Below are positions 13,171 to 26,828 of a stretch of 64,000 nucleotides of DNA, one piece after another. Under the pieces are notes generated by a model. The model saw nothing but the letters and a program-made list of their open reading frames with translations. It searched no databases and was not told where the DNA came from. Origin of the DNA: Piromyces finnis finn (taxonomy: Eukaryota; Fungi; Neocallimastigomycota); NCBI GenBank assembly GCA_002104945.1, contig MCFH01000024.1, positions 372,001 through 436,000 of the forward strand, given 5' to 3'. The position numbers were made by a program, and so were the translations under genes. Position 1 is the first letter of the stretch. Each line of letters opens with the position of its first letter.

Positions 13171-15710
13171 TTTAGCTTATAGACATATTTTTATCCTTTT
13201 TTCATTTACTTTTTTCTATATTACAGTAAATTAAATTTTAATAATTAAACTAATTAATAAATAAATCATCTACTTTTTTTGTTTACAGAAATAATAAATT
13301 TTAATTGCTATATTTTAAAAAATATTAGAAATTTCTTTAAATATTTTTAGTATATAATAAAATTTATATATTGAAAATTAAAGAGATTTTTTGTTTGATA
13401 TATATATAAATATAGAATTTAAATTTATAATACTTTTAAAAAAAGAATTAAAAGATTATCAAAAAATAATTTTTGGTAGAAACTTTTAAATTTGTGACAA
13501 AAAGTAGTTGATAGAAAATACTAAAGCATAAAAGCATATTATTTATCATATAGATCATTAAAATTCTCTTTTTATTTTAACCTTTTTTTTTCAACTATAA
13601 AAAAAGTTGAAAAAAAATTAGAAAGGAAAATATATTTATAATATATATTTCTTTATCGATTTAAAATTTAAAAAATTTAAATAAAAAATATTAAAAATAA
13701 AAAATATATACAAATATTTAAAACAAAATAAAAAAAAAAAAAAAAAACAAATAGCAACAAAGAAAACAAAAATTATTTAATATTATTATAAATATAGATA
13801 GAATTACTTTTTTTTTTTTTTTTTTTTATTTTAGTAGAGCGATCCATATTTTGAGAATATAAAAAGCATAACTATAAACAAAAAAAAAAAAGAAAAAGTA
13901 ATAAAAAGAAAAACAAATAAAAAATAAAAGCAATAGAAAATAAAAATATATTTAAAAAAAAGTGTTGAAGGAAAAAAAAAAAAATTTTTTTTAATTGTTT
14001 AGTAGGTTATATAATTGTAATTGTGAATGATTATTAGCCATATGTTGGAAAAAAAAAAAAAAAGGAAAGGAAAAAAGAATAAATATTTTTAGTCTAATGG
14101 TTTTTAACCCTTTATAGCACGAAGGAACTTTTTTTTTTTTTTCGTAACCATTTAGTTTATATTTATTTTGTATTATTTTGTTTGTTTGTTTGTTCGTTAA
14201 TAAACTTTATATTCCTTTTTTACTAATATTTTACTGTTGGTAGAGGGGAGGCGGTAGGTAACCCCTATAAGAATAACACAGTATTAAATTTAAAATATCA
14301 ATGTCAAAAAAAAAAAAAAGATACTTTAACAATTTTAGGGGGAAAAAAATTTATATATATATTGATATATTGATATCTTTAAAAAAAAAATTTTTTATTT
14401 TTTACCTCTTAAAAAATTATCACAGTCATGTATAGATAATCAAAAGGATTAAATTAAAAAAAAAAGTAGCTACTTATTACACTTGTAGAAATACAAGTAA
14501 AAGTAATAATAGTATTATTTAATTTATAAATTATGGTATTTCTACCTTTTACCTACCATAAGTCAACTTTGAAAAAAAAAAAAAAAGGTATTTATCTTGG
14601 AACAACAACAACAACATCATTATCAATTTATAAATCATCGTATAAATGATAATGACTGGATTGGGAAGAAATTCTAAAATAACTATCGTATATAAAAAAA
14701 TAAATGTGTGTGTTTAAGTTATAAAGACAACAAGCTTAGAACGTAAATAAAAAAAAAAAGTGAATTTTTTTTTTCTTAGTAATTCCACTACCATGATAAC
14801 AGGTCAAACAGAAAAAATGAGTAATTCCTCCTTCCCCCTTTAATAACAATATATCATTACATCATTCCATCTTCTATATCAAAATAAAATTTTTAAAAAT
14901 TCTTTCTTTTTTTTTTTTTTTAAATGAAAATTCTTTATTAAAACACAAAAATATAGGCCATTCCTTTACTTTCATGATCAGTAGTAAAACTTTTTTTTTT
15001 ATACAAATTTTCAAATTTTATTTACTTTTTAATAATTTTTTTTTTAAATACACTCTAAAAATTTTTATTTTTTAAAATAGAAAATAAAAAACTTTATAAT
15101 AAAAAAAAAAAGTAAAGGCGTTAATAACAAAATATTTATACAATTTTAAAATTAAAAAAAAAAATTATAGAATTTCTTATAACTCTTTTTTTTTTTCTAG
15201 AAATATAAAAAATTCAATAATTAATGATACTAAAATAACTAGAGTATTACGATAATTATTTTTTTTATAAGAATATACATATTCTTTTCAGTTTTCTTCT
15301 TCTTCAAGCTATTGTAAACTTTTTTACAACAACGATTTTTAAAAGTAGGATAAGATATGAATTTCAATTGATAGATATAGATAAAATATGTGTAATTATT
15401 TTTTTTTTCGAAAAGAGAAAAAAGAAAACTTTTTTTATGAAAAGTATGTATATAAAAGTTTAAATATTCCAGAAGAGAAAAAGGTCTATACACAAATATT
15501 TTTTTAATATTAAAAAAAGATTATTATAAACCAACATAATAACCAAAAAAAAAAAAAAAAAAAAGATACTCTTCTTTTTTTTAAAAAAGATTTTTTTTGT
15601 TTAAGTTTTTCTATCTTGTTCTAATTTTTCAAAATAGAAAAATATATTTTCCAAAAAGTTTATTAAAACAACCATTGGCTTGTTCTCTTGGCTATTTATC
15701 TTTATATTTT

Positions 15711-15902
15711 TTAAACAATCATTTGAATAGCATGTAATTGTTGAATAGAACCATCATTTTCGTTTGGATGTGGTAGCAAATGAGCAAGAAAACCATGCTT
15801 TTTTAAATTCTTAGATTTTTCAGACTTTTTGTCTTGATGCTTAGAATGGTTAATCTTGGAAGCTAAAGACATTAAATGACCGTTAGAATGATGAGATGCC
15901 AT
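15711..15902 (-). CDS. 63-aa micropeptide A, unknown family, paralog of 19568-19762
   Basis: AAAATGG start context. It shares MS.A.K.N, DKKSE.SK, F...LLP..NEN and GSIQQLHAIQMI with the second ORF. Aligned residues differ synonymously (GAC/GAT, AAG/AAA, TTG/TTA, CTA/TTA, AAC/AAT). Confidence 0.8.
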   Translation of the reverse strand: MASHHSNGHLMSLASKINHSKHQDKKSEKSKNLKKHGFLAHLLPHPNENDGSIQQLHAIQMIV

Positions 15903-18015
15903 TTTCCTTTTTCCTTTTTTTTTTTCTTTATTTCTTAGAGTAGCAATAAATTTTTTTTTTTTGTTTTTTTTTTTTATTATTTTTCAATTTAATAATATTC
16001 CCTTTTTTAAAAAAAAAAGCTATGTTTTTATTATTACTTTTTTTTTTAAAGTTTAATATTTAATTACACATTCAATTAATACTATTTTTATTATTTTTAA
16101 TAATGAAATAATGAAATTTTAATTAAAAAGAAACTTTTCCTTTTCTTTTATACCTTTTCACAAATTTAAAGTTTCTTTTAACCTAATTCAATTATATTAT
16201 AATGTAATATATGGTATTATTATATTTTAATATATTCTATTGATTTTAGACCTTTTTTCATAAATTAAAAATATCCATCCATATTAAAAAAATGGAATAA
16301 AATTTAAATTATTTTCTTTTAAAATTAATATATAGCTAATATATAATCAACTTGTATTTATTATATATTAAATTAAATTAAACTATTGAAAATCATCCAT
16401 TCCATAAAAATGCCGCCGTACATCATCAAACGATAACCAAAAAAAAAAAGACAATAAACAGAAAAAATTTAAACAGAAGTGGTCATGAGGTGTGGTGTGG
16501 TGATATTTAAACCAGAAAAATGATAAGGAGAATGCTGAAGGATGAATGGTGAAATGGTGAATGATAAAAAAAGATGAATGATAATCTAACCAGAAAAAAA
16601 AAGAAAAAGGCATCAAATTAAAGAAAGTTTCCCATTCTTTTACTAAAATTTTTAATTCCTAAAAGGAAAAGAAAGATTCTTTTTTTTTAGTTACCGCTTT
16701 CCTACGAAAATAAAATTAAATTTTAATTTTCGTATCATTCCTTTACCCAAAAAAATTTTCATTCCCCACAAATTATCCCAGAAGAAAAAAAAAATGAAAA
16801 TGAAATTGTTTAAAAAACTTTTTTTTTTGTATGCGTAATTATAAAATAAAAAAAAATAGAATTATCACCATAAGAAATGTAATAAAGTAAATATAAAAAA
16901 AAAACAAAAATTTAAACAGAAATTTAAAAAGCTTTCCTATTTCCTATACCAAAAAAATTTTTTCTGTAGCTAAAAATTTCATCCTAAAAAAATTATGTTT
17001 ACATTTTACATTTATGTACATTTTCCCTACATTTTATTATATTAAATGTAATAAAGAAAATATTATTTAATTTATCCTTTTTTTAATTTAAAAAAGGCTA
17101 ATTTAATTTAACCAGATCCATTTACATTCATGTGCTACATTTTCAAATGCATGACTAAAATATTTGGATATTATTCGTTAATGTAATGTATTAGTTGTTG
17201 ATCTATCAAAGTGATCTATTTTTTATTTTACTCTATTATCATCAAAGTATTAATTTTTATAAGGAAAAAAAAGATGGCAAAATTTGCTATTATTATTCTA
17301 TATCTTTTTTATTTATTATTATCTTTTCTATTATCCTTAATATATATTATATATGATTACTATATAATAATAGTATCATAAATATTATTATTGTGTTTTT
17401 TATATTTTTATGATAAAACTCAATTTATTTTAACCCTCCTTCTACCATCATCTTTTTTGTACTAGAAAATAGAAATTTTTTGAATAAAAATCTTAATTAT
17501 TATTATTATTTTAATTATTTAAAAATTTATAATTAATTTATAATTAATTTATCCAAATTAAAAATTAAAAAAAAAAACCAATATTAATTAAAAAAAAAAA
17601 AAATATGAACCATCCATCTATTTAAAAAAAAAAAGACTTTTAAGTTATTCCTTTATGTTTTTTTTTTAAAAAAAGAAAAAAGAGAAATTGTTAATAATCA
17701 TTTAGTCTTAAAAATGAAATAGTATTAATAAATAAATATTGACTCTTTTTTTTTTTTTGCAAAAATATAAAGTATTTTTTTATAAATTTATTTTTGGATG
17801 AATAAACCCATTTAAATTGATGAACGAGCAATTTCTTTTTTAAAAGATATAAATCAAAAAGTAGAAAAAATAAAATAAAATAAAATAAAATAAAATAAAA
17901 AGCAATAAAATTTTAAAATTTATAAAACTTTAGCTTTTATTAATGAGTTTTTTTTTTTTTTTTTTTATAATCATTTTGCTATAAAAAAAAAAAGTTTTAT
18001 CTATTAAAATCATGG

Positions 18016-18269
18016 TTATCTCAATAAATTTTTATTTTTTTTTTTTAACTTCCGAGTGCATTTCTCTCATCAATCGGAGTTAGCCCCAATGGTGGTTCTT
18101 AGAGAAACGTTGGCTCATTCCTATTGCTAGGTGATTGTGACCCTCCTGGTCTGTCATACTGTTTCTTCAGCTTCGACGCTCACTTAATCCATGTACATTA
18201 GATGCATGTCGTTGTACGATATTTCACAACTACAATACTAAGCCTCTTGTAGTCAATTATCTCAATAAA
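18016..18269 (-). mobile_element. Retroposed (SINE-like, 5'-truncated LINE tail or ncRNA retrocopy) 210-nt insertion with poly(A) tail and 13-bp target-site duplication
   Basis: TTATCTCAATAAA occurs at 18016-18028 and 18257-18269. A T-tract at 18029-18046 is poly(A) on the minus strand. The body (18047-18256) is much more GC-rich than its flanks, has stops in all three minus-strand frames and can form hairpins. Confidence 0.8.
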
Positions 18270-18309
18270 GTTTTTTGATACAGAAAGAATATAAAAAAAA
18301 TACAGAAAA

Positions 18310-18432
18310 TTTTATTTATTTATTTATTTATTTATTTATATATTTATTTATATATTTATTGATTGATTTATTGATTTATTTATTGATTTATTTATTTATT
18401 TATTTATTGATTTATTGATTTATTGATTTATT
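18310..18432. repeat. (TTTA)n microsatellite with ATTG/TATA variants
   Basis: Directly visible tetranucleotide array. Confidence 0.9.
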
Positions 18433-19567
18433 TAAAAAAAACCAATGTTATTCCAAATAAATTTTAATAAACTAATGAATATATAAAAAAAAAAAAGTAT
18501 CTTTTTTGATATTTTAAAATATATAGGCTTTTTAATTTCTTTAAAAAAATAATGTAGCATTAAAAATAATTTCCTTTTTTATCATAAAAAAAAAACGACC
18601 TCAGGTAAAAAATATTTATTATTACCATTTTGTGATAAAAAAGGTAATAATAAAATTTAATGCAGCATAATACAATATAATTGCTGCATTGTACTTTTTT
18701 TTTTTTATTATTATACTTTTAAATTAACATTTTTTTAATATTAATTTAACTATTTTTTTTTTATTTGATTGTTAAATTTGTTAAACATCTACATCTACTA
18801 TATAAATATACATCATATATTAACTGAAAAAGTTTTTTTATATTAAAACATAATTATTTTTTATTATTTATCAATTATATTCCTTTTCATTTTATAAAAA
18901 ATGACACAAAATACTAAATAAAAAATTAAACTACGGAGAAAATAAAATGTTGGTTCGAATAGATATTTATATAGAGATTATATCAAATAGGATTAAAATT
19001 ATTGTTTTATTTTTGTTTTGTTTGATTTTTGTCTTTCACCATTTTTATATTTTTATTTCGTTTTTATTTTTTTTATTAAAAAAAAAAAAAGAAAAATGTG
19101 TTTACGTTGATGATATAGAATTAATAGAAAAAGAAAGCGATAAAATTACTACTGAGTTTTTATAAAAATATATTTAAAATAAAAAAATAGATTTTCGTTA
19201 TTCATTGTATAATTTTTCATTATAAAATAATGATATCAAAAGATTCATATTTTTATTTTATTTTTTTTTTCCTAATAGGAATTAAATCAAATAGTTCTTT
19301 TGGAATTAAAAAACTTTTTTTTTTTTTTTGAAATTTAAGAATAGAATTTAAAGTGATATTGATAAAGGTATGTACACAACGAGTGAATTATTTACATGTT
19401 AAATTATCTTTCTTTTTTTTGGATTTTGATAATTTGAGAATATTTGTTAGTGTAAAATAGGAATAATAAAAAGATCAACCTTTTTTTTTTGGTATATTGT
19501 ATTTTCCTTATTTAATAGGAAATAGATAGTTTTTTAGTTTTTTTTTAAAAAAAATATTATTTTAAAT

Positions 19568-19762
19568 TTAGATAATCATTTGAATAGCATGTAATTGTTG
19601 AATAGAACCTCCTTCATTTTCATTAAGTTGTGGTAATAAACGTTTAAAAAAGTTGCTTCTCTTTTTAGATCTTTCAGACTTTTTATCACTTCCATTCATA
19701 GCCAAGTTAACCTTGGTAGCAGTAGACATAATAGAGTAGTTTGATTGAGTAGTAGTAACCAT
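19568..19762 (-). CDS. 64-aa micropeptide B, unknown family, paralog of 15711-15902
   Basis: AAAAATGG start context, the same motif order as micropeptide A, and C-terminus GSIQQLHAIQMII*. Confidence 0.8.
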   Translation of the reverse strand: MVTTTQSNYSIMSTATKVNLAMNGSDKKSERSKKRSNFFKRLLPQLNENEGGSIQQLHAIQMII

Positions 19763-22700
19763 TTTTCTTAACTTGTTTTTTTATTTAATTATTCAGTGAT
19801 TTGGTGGTGGTAGTAGTAGTAGTAGTATAATAATTTCTTATTGATAAAATATAAACTGTTTTCCTAATAATGGTAATAAAATGTAGTATATTATTTATTC
19901 TCTTATTTATCGGTTGTTTAAAGAAATTCAAATACGAGATATTTTAATGATAGTCTTGGGATAACAAAGTTAGTTTAACGCGTACTTTGAAAAAAAATAT
20001 ATACAAATATAAATATTATAAATATTACAAATATAAAATCTACAAAATATAATTTAAATGAAATTAAAAAAAAAACAAAGGTAAATTTTTGCCTTTAAAT
20101 ATTTTTTTACATTTTTAAAGTTTTTATAGACAAAATTAAAAAAATAAAACTTTAATTATTTCATTTTTGAATTGAATGCGTTTAATTAATGAAATAATAT
20201 AAATTAAGCTTTATTGATATATAATGGTATATATATTAAATTTATTTACAATATAATATTATATATATTAGAATACAAAGATTAATAAAAATTTAAATTT
20301 AATACATTTATTCCTTTTGAAATTTTTAATCCTAAAAACTTTAAAAAAAAGGACTATAGCTTTTCTCTCTAAAAATTTATAGAATATAAAATGATAAATC
20401 TAACACCAAAGTTATTTATAGTATATTATTATCTTTAAAGTTTAGACAATAATATAGTCTACAATACTTTTAAAGGCATTAACTTTTCATATCAACAACT
20501 TTCTTCTAGGTATAACACCACCTTTTTTATTTCTTAGGACTGCATGAATAAAGATGATTATATTTCAAAGTATCATAAAAAGAAATCTATAGGAATAATA
20601 TATTATCAATGTATTGTATTATATATAAAAATATATGATGTAATGCAATGTATTGAAAATAAATAAATTAATTAGTTTTAATAAATGAATAATTAAAAAA
20701 ATGAAAGAATATGGTAATTTTAAATTTTCGTATTAATTAATATATGCATTACATATACTATGAATATACTGGATAAATTAAAATAATTTTTACTACACGT
20801 TCAACTGTATTAATTTTTTATTAAAAATAAATATCAAAAATTGTATCAATTGTATTTACATTACACTCTAATATATATTGAACTATTTATTGAATAATAC
20901 TAATAATATATAGTTTTATTTATTTCTATTTAAATTTTTCAAAAGTTAAATTAATTTTTTATTATCAACTAATAATGTATCAAATTTGAAATGAATTATT
21001 ATATATTAAACTATAATTTACATATATTATCATTATTATTTTTCTATTTTATTCATATATTATAAATATAATCTAATATATAAGTTTGATATAATAAATT
21101 AAAGTTTTTATATTCTTCATGTGATGACAATTACAAAATAAAGTTTTTATTATTTTTCTTAATGGGAGGGGTTGGTGGTTGATTTAGGCATGAGAAAAAA
21201 GTAAAAAAGTAGAGGTAGAGGCAGAAGAAAAAAGAGAAAAAAGTAGCTTTTTCTTAACCTACTTTAATGACGGACAAAGGAAGGAATTTTATGGTTAAAA
21301 ATTCTCAATAAAAAAAAAAAAGTTAATTTGAATGGTTTAAAAAGAGGTAGATAAATTTCATAAAAGATAGTTCACAGTATCAGGAACAAATAAAATAAAA
21401 ATAATAATAAAACCTGTTAAAGAAAATAATTATTATTTTATTTTATTAATTTTATTAATAAATATACTTTATATATTTCATTATTCCAAAAAAAAAAAAA
21501 AAACTTTTATAACCTACATTTGACCTTTAAAGTATTGGCATTCACAACATGCATACATTAGGCATGACGTAATGTCTTTTTTTAATATGACACCATATAA
21601 ATTCTTTTTTCATTAAAAAAAAAAAAAAAAAAAAAAAAGATGGCTTTTTTTTTCTGACATCTTCCTTTCAATAAAGAAAAAAAAAACTATTTTAAAATAT
21701 CAATAATCATCATTTTCAAAAAGAAAAAGAATGATAGCATTACTATTTTATTTTTCAAATTTCGTCTTCATGAATACTATTCAAATGATATGTTGTAATT
21801 ACATAAAAATAATAGAGTAAATTTATATAAACTTTTACAATCAAAGAATTTTCAAAAGGTTTTTTTTTTTTTTTTTTTACAGGTGTACTCTATAATAGCA
21901 TCATCATCATAAATTAACTTTTTTGAAGGATTCTATACTATATAATTATTAACAAATAAAAGTTTTAATAAAGTAAAACTTATATATTATTAGCAAATAT
22001 AATTTAATAATAAAATCATATTAAAAAAAATCATATTATTATATCACACCTTTTTAAACAATTCAAACTCATGATATATAAAGTAAAATTAATAGTATAG
22101 CATGATATTTTAAATGCAATTTTTTATTTGTTAACAATTACATTTAAAAAGTTTAAATAATAAAAAATTATAATTAATAATTAAATATACCACCCACCCA
22201 CTAATAAACCCTAAAAGTAATTAGTCTATATTTAATATTTTAAATGACTACATTTTTGTCTATGTGTGTCTATGTGGATGAGTAGTTAAAAAAAAACTTT
22301 TTTATTATGTTCTAAAAGAAGAAAAAAGAAAAGATTAAAAGTTTATTTAAATAAAGCTAGGGTTTTTTTTTTTTTTGTTTTTGTTTTTCTTCTTCTAATT
22401 GATAATATTTTGATTATAAAAAAAAAAACTTGGAAATGTAAAATACAAACAAAAGTAATAATAATAAAAAGACATCTTATTAATATTTAGTATTTAAATA
22501 ATCTTTTAAAAGATCTAAAAATAAACTTGTAAAGTTTTGTTATACCATAAAATAATAAACATACGATAATCATTTACATAATAAAATCTAATATTTTTAT
22601 TAGTATTGTTATAAATTCCTTTTCATTATTTAAATAAAAAATGAATGTGACTTTTAATTAATAAATTTTAAAGTTTCATGCATGACCAAAATTTAAATAT

Positions 22701-25059
22701 TTTAAAAAATTAAAATTTTAAAAAAAAAATTAAATAGTAAAATGTCTCTTTTAAAGTATTTTTCTTATTTTAGTATTTATATAAAACTTTGTAATTATTA
22801 AATAAGAATAAAAAAAAAGACAATCGATGTTTAAAAAATATTTATAAAATTCTTTTTTTTTTTTTTAAAGATTATATTATATATATTTCTTTAAAAGTGG
22901 AATTTAAATATAACATTAAAACAAACATTCATCATTTAAATTTTTTTAAAAGTAAAAAAAAAAAAAGTACTTTCTCCTTAAAAAAATTATAGTATATCCT
23001 ATACTATATACACTTTATAAAAAAAAAGCATTCCATATTATAATTCATTACTGTTTATTTTATTAGTATTATTATTATTTATAGATATTATTATTTTATT
23101 ATTTTATTATTTTATTGTTGTTTATTCTCCTTGTCCATTTTATTCTTTTCATTTTTTTTTTTTAATAAAACCCCCTTTGGTCACATTGTAAAAAATGGCA
23201 AAAAAAAAAAAAACAATTTTTATTAAATTATTTTTTAAAATTTTAATTATTATTATTTTTAATTCTTATTTGGGGACATGTGATAAAAATTAATTTTTAT
23301 TTGAAAATTTGACCTTTTTTAAAAATAGTTTTTTTAATATTCTTATTAGGATTACTTTTTTTTAAAAAAAAAAAAGTAAGACTCTAGGATGTGTAAATGA
23401 TGAGTAAACTACGCGTATTTATCCATACCAACTTTATACTATTTATAATATTTAAAAAAAAAAAAACATTTTATTTTATCTTATTCTAAACCATAGTTAT
23501 ATTTTTTATTCTAATCCATTTTTTCAATAAACTTTTAAAGACACTTAATAATAGGAGTTAGTTAAAAAAAGAAAAATGGGACTGTTTAATAAAAAAAAAA
23601 AAGGAATCAACATCAGATGCATTTTTTTTTATAACAATTATCCTTTATATTTATATCTATATATAATATTAAAATATAAATTTTTATTTTTTAAATATTA
23701 AATACTTTTTTTTTAAAAAAAAAAAAACTAGTCTTTCAACTATATTATTATTGTTTTTTTTTTTTTTTCCTTTTTTACTTTATTAATAAAAGTTTATAAA
23801 GTATTTTTTTGTTTTTTAATTTTTATAAATATACCTATAGTTTATATATGAATTATTTGGAATATTAGAAATATCACCATAATAATTTTTTTTTTACTTT
23901 TTTTACAATGGTTATATTTTAAAAATACAAAATTTTTTTTTTTTTTTAACCTAATCTTTTATAAATCTTTATCAATTATTTTCAAACATGGATGTGGGTA
24001 TGTTGATGTATGATTCCTTTTAAGCTTGGATAAAAAAAAAAAAAAGAATAATAGATATAATAGTCTACTTAAATAGAATAGACCTATTATGACTAATAGT
24101 AATAGTACATAATAATATAAATTATAAAAGTATTGATTCGTATTTTATAAAAACTTTTCAAAGACTTTCCTTACCATAGTATTGTCCTGTCTTTTTTTTT
24201 TTTTATAAAATATAGACTTTTTTTTATATATACGAATATATAAAAGTTTTTATAGAAAAAGTTGATTACTTTTATTTCTTATTCTTAGAATAGTAATCCA
24301 TAAGGCTTATTTTATTTCATTATAATTACTTTATTTGCCAACAACACTACCATCACCAATAAAAATAGTAATAACAACAAACAAGAATAATACCAAAAAA
24401 AATATAAACTTTTTTCCTTGTCAAAGAATGAGTTTTTATCCCTTTTTTTTAATTTATGTTAATTTTTTATTTATTTATTTATTTATTTATTTTTTGTTTC
24501 ATATTAATAGATGTAAAAATTAGGTAGGAAAGAATACCATTTCTTTTCTTTTTTTTTTTTTTTTTCTCTTTCTCTACTTAACATATTGATATTAAATTTC
24601 TTTTTTTGTTTTCACTTTGTTTTGCTTCTTTTATAAAATCTGGTATTAAACGTTTCATATCTTTTTTTTTTTTCTAAAAAATATAAAAATATATATAGTA
24701 CTATTAAAACCATTTTTTAATAATACTATTGTTTTTATAATAGGTATTTTTCATAAAAGTAGGATATATTAGAAATATAGAAATTAAAAAAAAAAAAAAA
24801 GTATAAATGGATGGTTATATTTGTGAATAACTTTTTTAATTTCTTTCTTCTTCATTATTATTTCATTTTTTTTTTAATGATCTTTGTTAAAGAAAGGATT
24901 AAAAAAAATAATGTGCGATTTTTTTTTTTTTTTTTTACACTTTTTTTTTAAATGATAAAAATTGCTGTTGTATGGTTTATAGACTTATTAGGAAAATATT
25001 TTTTTTATGATTTATACTGTTGTGTTAAAAGCGTTTCTACTGGAATAATGGATTTAAAT

Positions 25060-26828
25060 TTATTCAGCTTTTTGTTCTTGGTTAGCAATCTTTTCACCCT
25101 TTTCGTTATAATTTTCAATAACCATATCATTAATACCAAAGTCTTCATTTTGTTGGAAGGTTCTTTCGTATTCTTCAATAATCATATTTGGATCTGGATC
25201 TGGAGCGTAAAGGTTTTGAAGGTATGAATTAGCTAATGGATCATCTAAAATAAGAGTAAATTCCTTCTTCATTTCCTTAACTTCATCAAGTTTTGAAAGG
25301 AATTCAGAGAATTTTTCTTTACGTTCTTCGGTAACAGAATCACCCTTAGTGAATGGAGTCTTGGTATCTAATTCTTCGTAAATTTGATCAAGTAAACCTT
25401 CAATAGTAGTGAAACGACCACCTAAAGTACCGTAAGTTAATTCTAAGTTAATTTCTGGAATCTTTAAGGCACAGGTTTCAGACTATTTTTAATTATAAAA
25501 TAATGATTTGTTATGTTAAAAAAAAAATTTATTTTTTTTTTAATAATCTCTTCTTTTTTTTATTCTATCAACTATGCGTTGCTTTTTATTTTAATTTGCT
25601 GCTTACCTTTAAGATATCTCTAGATAAATCTTCTTCATCAGTCATCTTTAAGGTAATACGCTTACCCTTTGGAGCGATAGCACCTCCAGCCTTAACTTCA
25701 TTACTCTTGTAACCACATTCATCACAATTAGTTGCCATAATGACGACTTCTTTAAAGTGAGGAATATTAAGCATGTGCATTTTAGTACTGCATGGAGCCT
25801 TACATGATGGACAAGTAGCATCGAAATGCATAACTTCATCAACATCAATATTAATATCATCTTCCTTTTCTTCCTTTTCAGCTTCTGGGTTGGCAGCAGC
25901 AACAACACCAAGAGCTTCATTTTGTTCCTTGGAACGAACATAGTGTCTAACTTCTAATTGTGGATCAGCAGCTGGAGCATTTAAGTTTTCAACAAAACTG
26001 TTACCAGTTGGATCATCAAGAGTGAAAGTGAATGGTTCATTACCATCACGTAAAGAAGTTAATCTATCAATAACAGATTGAATTTTGTCATATAATTCCT
26101 TATCCATGTGCTGAAATATATAATATTTCGATATAGGTTATATTTTATTGTTAATTTTATCCACATTTTGATATCATAAATATATTTTTTTTTCAATTTT
26201 ATTCTATTTAATTTTTACCATTCTGATTGGTTGTTCTTGGGAAAGACCTTCAATAGCGTGAGTAATGATACCTTCAATAGTAGTTAAAACACCACGTTGA
26301 GAACCAGCTGGAATTTCAAATTCTAATTCTTCAAATCTACAAGTAGAAGTTTCAGCCTTTAAAACTTGTCTACTTAAATCCTATTATAAATAAAAAGAAA
26401 ACCATTATTAGATTTCTATTTGTATTTTTAAAGTTTTTTTTTTTTTTTTTTGAATTAGATAATTTACTCTTGGAGTCTTGATTTGACAAACGGCGTGAAC
26501 ACCAGTTTCAGAAATTTCAGAAGCAGATTGAACTTCATTATTTCTGAAACCACAGTGTGGACATTCAAAAGCCATAATAATAACTTCTCTAAAGTATGGA
26601 ATTTTTGTTAATAATAAACGAGTAGTACCCTATTATTATTCATAAACACAGGATAAATTGAATTACATAAATATTACATTCAAAAAAAAAAAAATATTTT
26701 CTTTTTATTTCATAATAGTGTGATGTTTTTATTATTACATTTTCATGGCAATTCATACAAAGAGATTCAATTTCAGTACAGCCTTGTTCGGCATTAAGTT
26801 CTAAAACAATTGGTTCTGGTTGAGCCAT
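25060..26828 (-). CDS. ZPR1: Zinc-finger protein ZPR1, 5 exons (26828-26739, 26629-26468, 26380-26219, 26110-25607, 25482-25060)
   Basis: Two C4 zinc-finger/AHD modules: 'EIESLCMNCHEN|GTTRLLLTKIPYFREVIIMAFECPHCGFRNNEVQ' and 'FDATCPSCKAPC...IPHFKEVVIMATNCDECGYKSNEVKAGG'. It also has 'FTLDDPTGNSFVEN' and 'LILDDPLANSYLQN'. All introns are GT-AG and the joined frame is open. Confidence 0.97.

Noticed and set aside
18047-18256. U3 snoRNA interpretation of the retroposed element
   Set aside because: Box B-like (GAGCGTCGAAG) and box C-like (TGATGA) words are present, but there is no terminal box D (CTGA), box C' or box A match.
18950-18962. tRNA T-loop-like GGTTCGAAT
   Set aside because: No acceptor, D or anticodon stems in the surrounding AT-only sequence. 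No tRNA or rRNA gene was found in the window.
22207-22350. Two inverted single AAACCCTA/TAGGGTTT telomere-like units
   Set aside because: Single units, not arrays; compatible with chance.
13583-24090. Small hairpins (13583-13617, 18659-18690, ~24056-24090)
   Set aside because: Short stems dominated by A/T runs, expected in such AT-rich DNA, and intrinsic terminators do not apply to a eukaryotic locus.
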